Positions 55,140 through 64,000 of a DNA stretch of 64,000 nucleotides are shown here, in pieces. The translations under genes were made by a program, and so were the position numbers. The notes beneath the pieces were generated by a model that ran no database searches, was not told the origin of the DNA, and was given only the letters and a program-made list of their open reading frames with translations. Source of the stretch: Octopus vulgaris (taxonomy: Eukaryota); the NCBI GenBank assembly GCA_951406725.2, contig OX597822.1, forward strand, positions 34,534,001 through 34,598,000, in the 5' to 3' direction. Positions within the stretch are counted from its first letter, which is position 1; the number at the start of each line of letters is the position of its first letter.

Positions 55140-55598
55140 CTTCTTCTTCCAATCAGGACTCACGTCATTAGCCACAAAGAATAATCTCTAATTCGAGCCT
55201 ACTCTAAGCTACTAAAAATGCGTGTGGCAACTTGAAGACCCCACCCACCACACGCGATAGACTGGCATTTGCACAGGTGCGACAGCTACGTTGCTATCCT
55301 TATTCCGTAAACGGTGACTTTAACGAGTGGAGAGTTGAACCATCCTGGAGTACTGCGGATTCGCAATCTAGACTAGGGTTTACCACACCATAGTGGGTTA
55401 CACCATGGTTCCTCTGCTTTGTGGCAGAAGTAGGAAGAAAGAGTGAGAGAAAGTCGTGGTGAAAGAGTACAGCGCCCCCCTCCGCCGGAGATTAGGTGTT
55501 TTTGCTCAATAAATACTCACAATGCCCGGTCTGGGAATCGAAACCGCGTTCTTACGACCACGAGTCCGCTGCCCTAACCACTGGGCCTTTGCGCCTCT
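55140..55598 (-). mobile_element. SINE family A variant (second copy of 2017-2482)
   Basis: Near-identical body and head. Confidence 0.8.
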
Positions 55599-55908
55599 AC
55601 CGTCGTTGCTGTTGCAGTGATGTTGCTGTTAGTCATCTCACGCTGTCATTTTCTCCTGGATTATTAAAAATTATCAACTGTTAAAAAACAATATATGTAA
55701 TAGTTATATTTTCTTGAGAACATTCCTTTCCTAGTGGTAAGACTAGAGCGTATCTTCTTCTAGCATAATGGATGTCTACTTACAGGTTATCCCTCTTATA
55801 TATATGTAGTATAATTTTTTCTGAAACTTCAGATTTTTCAATATGCAAGACCACTGGTTTTAAATTGATATTAATCAAATTATTATTCAAATTTTCACCC
55901 TTATTATT

Positions 55909-56003
<95 letters not shown>

Positions 56004-56021
56004 CAATCAACATAGGAAAAA

Positions 56022-56164
56022 ACGAACCTCCGTTATCAAGGTAGAGATCTTACATTTCAGGTCTTAATGCAGAGAATTTCAAAGATATAGATTTCCATCT
56101 TTGAACTTCTTTGCATTAAGATCTAAAACCTAAGATCTTTTCTACCCTGATGACGGAGGCTCGT
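56022..56164. repeat. Fold-back palindrome, ~65 bp arms
   Basis: acgaacctccgttatcaaggtaga..tcttaatgca.aga..ttcaaagat vs atctttgaa..tct.tgcattaaga..tctaccctgatgacggaggctcgt. Confidence 0.8.
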
Positions 56165-56626
56165 CTTATCCAATGCTGATCGTAACCATCACGCCCACAT
56201 ATTGAGATGAATCACATCTACCAACATTAAAACGGAAACAGATGACGAACTTATAACACCTTTCTGCCAGCCCTTTAACCTTCTCTGACGTTTGTACCTT
56301 GTGTAAGTTGCACCTATTGATATAAATATCTATATATTTGTGCTTCAATATTGCTCGTCTGAAAGCTTCCATCTTCTCCTTTCTCTCGCTTTCCATGTAT
56401 ACATATATACATATTTTGTATTTCATGCCCAAACTATTATATTATATTTAATATATCTAATTTGTTCATCCACATAATTGCCCCTATATCCGCTCAAATT
56501 GATCCCTTTTATAGCCACGCTTTACCCTATGGAACTGACTCCATGTAAAGCCTTCTGAGCCTAAGTTTGAATATTTTTGACTACTACTATCTTCTGTACT
56601 GAGAATCTCTAGATTTCATCTGTAGA

Positions 56627-56683
<57 letters not shown>

Positions 56684-56880
56684 GGGATAATTCACTAAAA
56701 AACAAAAGACGAAGACAGGCGGTGTAAACAACAAACAGATGTATTAGTATATCGCTCGGGAAGTGAAAAAATCTTTATCGTTTCGAACCTACGCTCTTCC
56801 ACACTAAGTAACACAGAAACAAACAAGGAGAGCAAATAAAGAATGTGTGGTGGCTATCTATCCATCATGGTGTGTAGATA

Positions 56881-56989
<109 letters not shown>

Positions 56990-57559
56990 ATAGTCGACAT
57001 CTGCACCATTTCATTTTTAATTGTAAGCTTTTTTTTCTCTCTCTCTGGGACAAAATCGGTGCAATAAACCGGAAAACATCAAGTAGATCGATGCAATATT
57101 TGGTTTCGTCCTCCCAGTGAGAGCTGTTGTGTAACTACAGAGTTTATTCTCAAGGCAAGATTAGTAATATATTCTTCAAACATGTACACGTAATATCTCA
57201 CGAAGTGGCTCCGAGGCAGAGTAATTCTGCTGTCGGTAAAATCCCTTTATTAGTTAAATCTTGCCACTCATATACAGCAACTCAAATCTGTGCTCGTTAC
57301 TAATTGTGGTATTAAAAGAAATTATAGGATGTAGTCTTTTTTCAAAGAGCGAATGAATGTGGCACAAACAAGAAACTGGCAATACGCAGGCGAAAACATA
57401 TATAAACAGTTTATTTGCTAATATACAGTTTAAAAAGATGAAAAACAAACAGAAAGTGGAGAAATATGAAGAAAGGAAAAAAAGGGTGCAAAGCAGTGGA
57501 AGGCAGATGGGAGAGGGGCGATGGGCTACATATTCCAGAGCAACATGAGAGTTGCACAG

Positions 57560-58260
57560 TCGCAGAGAATGGCCAGCTACACTCACTGCAGCGGCCAATC
57601 CATCTTGCAGGGCTCATTTTTTCCACGGGCCACTACTATCCCTATTTTGCGGAGGAAATGGATAGTACAGGGTCCTAAAACAGCCAACGTCTCGACTGCA
57701 GCCGGCACAAACTGATAGCGGCCTGCTAGACTCCTGTGCATATTGATTTTTGTCTCTTCCGCACTACTGGCGGAGACACCTGGGTTTGCGGTAGATGTTG
57801 CAAGGTTGGAGCCGGAGAACGTGTCGCTGCACGTCGTGTCCTCGACTAGAGACCTGCCTCCCTTCAGTGGCAAGAGGGTTGTCCAGCCGGGGCACTTATA
57901 ATCACTGCGGTGGTGACCTGCTGGCTCTAGTTGAGACGAGAAGCCAGCTGTGTCAAGTCTCCTGATTATATCATTCAAGGTGATGTTTCAGGGCAATCGG
58001 CCCGCTCTAAGGCTGCAGGATAAAGAATGCAGGACGGAATTCGTCTACTACCGCCCTGTATAACATTTATGCAGCTCGCACACGCTGAGACCGAGGCGTT
58101 GAGCCTCCGCAAATCGGGTGCGCTCATCGTCTGGAAGGGTGCCGTTAGATGAGGAAGGCACCGAATTGATTCATGCACCGCTGTTAGGCTGCGAGGCGGA
58201 ACGGAAGAAATCTAGGCAGTGCTGGTCAAAGTGATGTCTCTTGTCGCTCGAGGTTCGACT
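57560..58260 (-). mobile_element. Non-LTR retrotransposon fragment with restriction-like endonuclease (CRE-like)
   Basis: NDIIRRL..AG..SQLEP.G..RSD.K.P..T..P..GG..L..D.TC.DT..AEETK..QFVPAAVETL matches the RLE motif pattern of CRE-clade elements; degenerate. Confidence 0.7.
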
Positions 58261-59076
58261 GAACTTGAAGTCGTTTACTAAATCTTACATGTAAATTTAT
58301 TTATATGTTTGTGTACATAAGACAGCCATTTTAGTTTGTAATCGTTAAACCATTTCTTTTAATTATCTTCCATTTAGTAAGTGAAATAGCATAATCGTTT
58401 CCCTTGTTTTTCTATTAAGTGATTAATGGTATTGCTAATTGATTAATGTTCAGTATGAAGCATACATTGAAAATAATAAAACGAAAGTCAAAGCAATTTA
58501 TAATATATGATGATAAATAGTTATGTCAATCGGATGTAGATACGTTTCGTTACGTATATATCTGTGCAATATTGAATGGAATAAAAAGAGGTACGATTGT
58601 GTTATCCTGCTACGTGAAGCAAAAAGGCAAAAACAGAGGAAACGAGATATGGTGAATCAATTATTCAACGATACTGTATTAACTGCAGGAAAAAAAGCAA
58701 GCCTCTCCATTCTCAATAAGGAGCTAGAAGGGCTAAATTGATAGTCGCCATAACTGACAAATGTACAGCCTTTAGCTGTTATTTGGTAATTGGACGTGAC
58801 TCCGAGACAGAGTAATTCTGCTGTCGATAAAATCCCAAAGAAGATGAACATTACAAGCGTATGAAATAATTTTTATATTCAAGATATAAATTTTACTGAA
58901 CGAGTTCAGCTAATTAAATTAAAGGATAGGGATCTACTTACAATAACATTTATGATTTTTATTTGACTTTATGCCTGTTTTTTTTTTCTTTTTTCCAACT
59001 ATGTACAACTTTGAAGAAATTAGGATTGAATTAATTTCACTAATGAGAAGAATATTACCGTCAATGAGATACGTGA

Positions 59077-59117
<41 letters not shown>

Positions 59118-60089
59118 AAAAGCGTTTATAAATGAAGTGTTGACAACATCATATACTTAAATTTGAATTAAAATATCTTAATGCGAAAGCTATGTGTCAA
59201 TAAGATGTCTAATGCGATAATATACACACAGGAAGACGTTTGCATATGACGTAAAGAAAGCTTTAGAAGCAAACAACAAATTGTTCGTTAATTTACATGG
59301 ATTTTAATCTTCATGCTCTGATGGTCATTAATTACCTTTGACCTTGAAAACTAAAGGAAAAGGTGTGAAGAAACTCTCTGTTGCTACTAGATGTGAGAAA
59401 AAGGGGGTGGAGAAATAGAGGTAGCGAGTGAATAACACGATAACACTTGGCTTTGCATGCTTCAGTCATTGGACTGCGGCCACGTTGGGGCAATGTCTTG
59501 AAGGGTTCAGTCGAACAAGACGACCTACCTCGGTACTGATTTTTGATTAAAGTTTGATACTTTAATTAAAGTTCTCCGTTGCAGAATTTCTAAGTTACGA
59601 GGATGTAAAATCAACACCTGGTGGTGATGGCAGTCAAACATACAAGAAAGAAACACACACACATATACACACACACATAAAGTGAAAGTATTAATAAAAA
59701 CGGAAGAAGAAAAAAAGAAAGAAAATTAGTTAATAACCTTTGACCATAAAGGCCATATTTAAACTAGTTGTAAAATAATTCCAAAGTCTACGAGACTTCG
59801 TTTTTACTCATCATTCAACTTTTTGCATTAACTTTCTCGTTTTCTCTTTTGATTTCTCATATACCAGTGGCCTGATTTTCAGTCGAACAGACCATATGCT
59901 CAGAGCCTACAGATTGTTTTTGAGACATAAAGCATATTATAAAAATCAGTCTAGACACGTGTCTTTATAGCAAGAAACTAATAGTAACTCGTATCTTTAT
60001 ACTGTTCGTATCAAATTATATTTATCTTTCACTTGTTAGAGCACTTTTTGGTTACCTTAACGGAACAGTATTATAATATATACATATAT

Positions 60090-60193
<104 letters not shown>

Positions 60194-60199
60194 CTTCAA

Positions 60200-62012
60200 A
60201 AGCTACATCCCACTTTCGAACTATACGGCCGTTATATTGGCGACTGTATCGGTGCGACTTCACTCTCCCGTGAACATCTAGACTCCTTCCTCTCTTTTGT
60301 CAAATCTTTCCATCCTTCCCCCCCCCCCACTTCTCCTGCACTATCTCCAACACCTCTGTTTCCTTTCTTGACATTTCTGTCAGCATTCATCACTTCAATC
60401 TCACCACCTCCATCCACTACAAACACACAGACTCACACTCATACCTCAACTTCTCTTCCTCCCACCCTAAACACACCAAGCTTTCCATCCCCTATTCCCA
60501 ATCCCTCCGTCTACGCAGGCTCTGTAGTGACGACCATGACTTGGAGGCTCAGTCTCAACTCATGGCTCGCAACTTCATCCTACGTGGATATCCCCTCACC
60601 ACTATCCACACCGCCCTTGCCAGAGCACGTTCCGTGGACCGTGCATCAGCTCTCTCTCCTCGAACCCACCCCGCTGTATCCCGCCTCCGATTCCCCTCAC
60701 CTACCACCCCACCACCTTACCTCTCCAACGCACCATTCTCCGAGCATTCCGGCGACTCCAGTCCGACCCCTCCACTTCTCACATCTTCCCTAACCGTCTC
60801 CTCCCCTCCTTCAAACGAGCCCACAACCTACGAGACCTCTTGGTCCACAGCTTCCCCTGCTCCCGCCCACGCTGCCGCACTTTCCCTTACCTCTCCAACA
60901 CCACCCATCATCACCCATCATCGACACTATCACATCACCGACTCCTTCACCTGCACTTATACCAATATCATCTACTGCGCTTCTTTATACATCGGGCAAA
61001 CAAGACGCCGAGTGGCTGACCGGTTCACGGAACACCTCCGAGACATCCGACTTGGCAATAACACCCCGCTCTCGCGCCATTTCCGCTCTACCAGTCACTC
61101 TTTGCAACACCTGTCCGTGTTAGGATTGTCCTTGCGCAGGGGCCATCCGGAATCCAGTTTGCACTGTGAACAGGGATTAATCTTCTCTCTTCGTTCCTTT
61201 GCGTCACATGGGCTCAACTCTCCTCCCCTCTTCATCTAACCTCATCTCCGCGCCATTTCTCCCCCTCACACCTACCAGCACCCATCCACCTCTCCTCTCT
61301 TGCTCCGACTCCTACTTCTCTTCACTCCTATACACCTCCTTCCCCTTCATCGTCACCCCTCCCTCATAAGCACACCCAACCCTACACATTCCACCCCTCC
61401 TTCCCTATTCTTCCCCCACCCCACCCAATCCCTTACACCCACTCCCACATCCCACAACTCTAACCTCACCTTCCGCCTACCCACGTACCCCACCTCTATC
61501 CCCACCCTCATCTAACCCACACCCCACCCTTGTTTTCCCCACTCTCGCCTCCCCCACCTCCCAACACCATCGCACCAAACCACACACCACTACACCACCA
61601 TACCACACAACACAGCACATCACAACACACCACTACACACATATCAGCACTGACCACTTCCCAGTCCCACATTTTCACACCTACACATACGCACACGTCA
61701 AGATTACCAGCCCTCTTCCACACGCACATACAAGCTCTCTTATGCACACGCACGCGCACCTTCGTTTTGGGATCACCACTACTTTATTATCCTTCTTCTT
61801 CCTAGTTCTCCTGTGTGACCCTTTTGTCCGGCACTCGCCATGATAGATCGCTAGCGACTACACATTATTTTCTCTCCTTGTTTCTTTCTGTGGAAGAGCA
61901 TAGGCTCGAAACGTTAAAGACTTTTTCACTTCCCGTGCGTTATACTAATACATCTGTTTCTTGTCTACACCACCTGTCTTCGTCTTTTGTTTTTTTTTTT
62001 GTGAATTCTCCC
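60200..62012 (+). mobile_element. 5'-truncated Penelope-like retroelement (RT C-terminus, GIY-YIG endonuclease, C-rich 3' region, terminal repeat)
   Basis: HTKLSIPYSQ..RLRRLCS..RGYP; ITDSFTC..TNIIYC..LYIGQTRRR..DRF.EHLRDI..RHF..H..EQ.LIF.L....HGLN (stop 61239); frameshifted. Confidence 0.9.
61883..61920 (+). ncRNA. Candidate minimal hammerhead ribozyme in the Penelope terminal repeat, A6>U core variant
   Basis: TCTTT-CTGTGGA-A-GAGC(ATAG)GCTC-GAA-ACGT-T-AAAGA. Partial minus-strand copies at 44106-44126 and 56771-56805. Confidence 0.65.
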
Positions 62013-64000
62013 TATATATACATACATACATACATACAGTGTGTATGAGACAGCAACTTGTATTCTTAATATACGTGTGTATGTGAGTGCTTATGTATAC
62101 GCAAGCAAGATTCTAAATCGATCTTGGATACATAAAAAATTATAGAAACATCTTTAAAATTCCACTGTTTATAACTTTCAATAAATGTGTTTCTATTTAT
62201 GTTTATTCTGATCCCCATATTTGTTTACTTTGTTCACTATATTTCCTCAAAGACAAATATTTACTTTCCAAAGCACTCATTCACTGTAATCACTTACTCC
62301 TTCTCTTCCATCCTACATTCTTTACATTTGCATTCACTTCTCTTTCACTTCCGCTGGCTGTTATAACAATAGTAAACGAAATTCCGAAGAAGTGAAGAAA
62401 ATGTTGTCCAAATACAACAGAAAATAAAAAAGATTCATATTTAACTATTTGATAACTTTCAAATTTTCATTAAAATGGTTAAATTTCGCTTCACTATTTA
62501 CGCATCCTTTCATATGAAATATGCTTCAATTCTCATTTGAATGTTTAAATGTAAGTATAGCATATCAAACTATGTAGTTAAGACAGACACGCGCAACGCG
62601 CATGATTTCTAACGTATTGGGTTGTATATCAGATGTTTGACTTGCGCAGAATATCGTCATACACTTTTTTTATATAAATATTATGTATGTGTGTGCATGT
62701 GTGTGTTCGTTCGCGCGTGTGTTTGTACATAAATATGTGAGTGTGTTTATATGTATGTGTGTGTATGCATATCAGATGATAAATATGATAACAACTATCT
62801 ATGCGAAAGTGAACTATATAGAAGAAACAAGAATAATTGAGTATCCTGAGATGAGAGAAGGTGAGAGGGCAGTTAATAATTGAAGCACTTGAGGCATAGA
62901 AAAAATATAATCTTATATTTATGCACAAAATTTGAAGAAAAACTAAAGGAAGATGTCACATCATGCGTATACGTAAAATTAAGTCGAAGAAAATAAATAA
63001 TTGGCACTTAATACGGATACGTAACATTCTATAGGACAAAATTCCGTTCCAAGTTTCTTTTCTAATTAGAAAAAAAAAAAGGCCAGTGGCATTTTATCGA
63101 AAATTTTCACTTTTTACATGGAATGCTTTGGAACAGCACTTAGCAAGGAGGCTTTATCATGAAAATGGGAACGTGGAAGGAGAAATTCAAATATTCAAAG
63201 GATATTTAAAGCACTTCAATGAACTTTCTAAAACTTTCAAACACGTTTCTAGAGAGATGGCATTAATACTGTAATAACATTTTCAGACTGTGACAGGAAG
63301 AACGTTTCTTAAAATACACTTAATGACCATTTCCAAAATGTAAGAAGTTAGCGGCCTTTATATGACTAGTTACAGACAGGAAAGGTTAAATAATCTGATA
63401 ACCTAGATCATTAATTAATCACTGACCACAACACCTTAACATTTGTGGTACCTTAATTTTCTTGTTGCCAGGCTTACTAAGATAGAGAAATAGTATTTCG
63501 TTATTGCACGTATCAAAAACATTACCTATGCAGTGCGTATCTGTCCTTAAATGTACGTGTTAGTAAAATCTCAATAAATCTCTTCTCAGTTGTGTGCCAA
63601 CTTTGCTTCAGTACACTTCCCTAGCTCTGCTCCTTCCTGGGAATTTCGACATCAAGTGGGTAGTTTGTAATTTTGGCGAACTTATACTGAACTTGAGTAA
63701 ATAACGCAAGACTCTTGCTACATTTTATTTCTTTTCTTTTTCCGGCTTTTTACATTCTACTATCGAATATGAGGTAGCATTCAGATGTGACTCACTTTAA
63801 GACATCCGATCTTTGGGTGCTTTAGCTGAGTCTAATCTGTAACAAGCATTCAACAGGATACTAAACTGATGACTTCTTAAATCCCGCCTCAAGCTAGTCT
63901 TACTGGTTCTGTAAATGTCCATAGAAGCTAATTTTCTTTCTAACTAAATCATTAAAGCATGCTTTTAAGAGAATTGTGTTAAGATGGAAATGTATTTGGA

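Noticed and set aside
60368-61805. Pro/Thr/His-rich ORFs resembling mucin or extensin
   Set aside because: Alternative frames and the C-rich 3' region of the Penelope element.

Overview
Eukaryotic, AT-rich, repeat-dominated genomic DNA, almost certainly from an octopus (basis: the receptor exon below, octopus-type tRNA-derived SINEs, dense di/tri/tetranucleotide microsatellites). The only host coding sequence I can support is one minus-strand exon (CDS 39151-38660). It encodes the N-terminus to TM4 of a class A GPCR that I recognise from memory as the Octopus GnRH-type (corazonin-clade) receptor. Three short uORFs precede it, and I found no further receptor exon in the 38.6 kb downstream. The rest is transposon-derived: Helitrons (complete TC...hairpin-CTAG elements and PIF1 helicase remnants), Penelope-like GIY-YIG retroelement remnants, a CRE-like RLE fragment, DD37D and pogo transposase relics, MITEs and several SINE families. 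The most unusual signals are (i) minimal hammerhead-ribozyme-like folds with non-canonical cores (G3:C8 swap; A6>U) in Penelope termini and long fold-back palindromes, and (ii) SINE concatemers whose architecture suggests insertion into their own copies. Nearly all other ORFs in the track are microsatellite or SINE artefacts. All family assignments are by eye; no searches were run.
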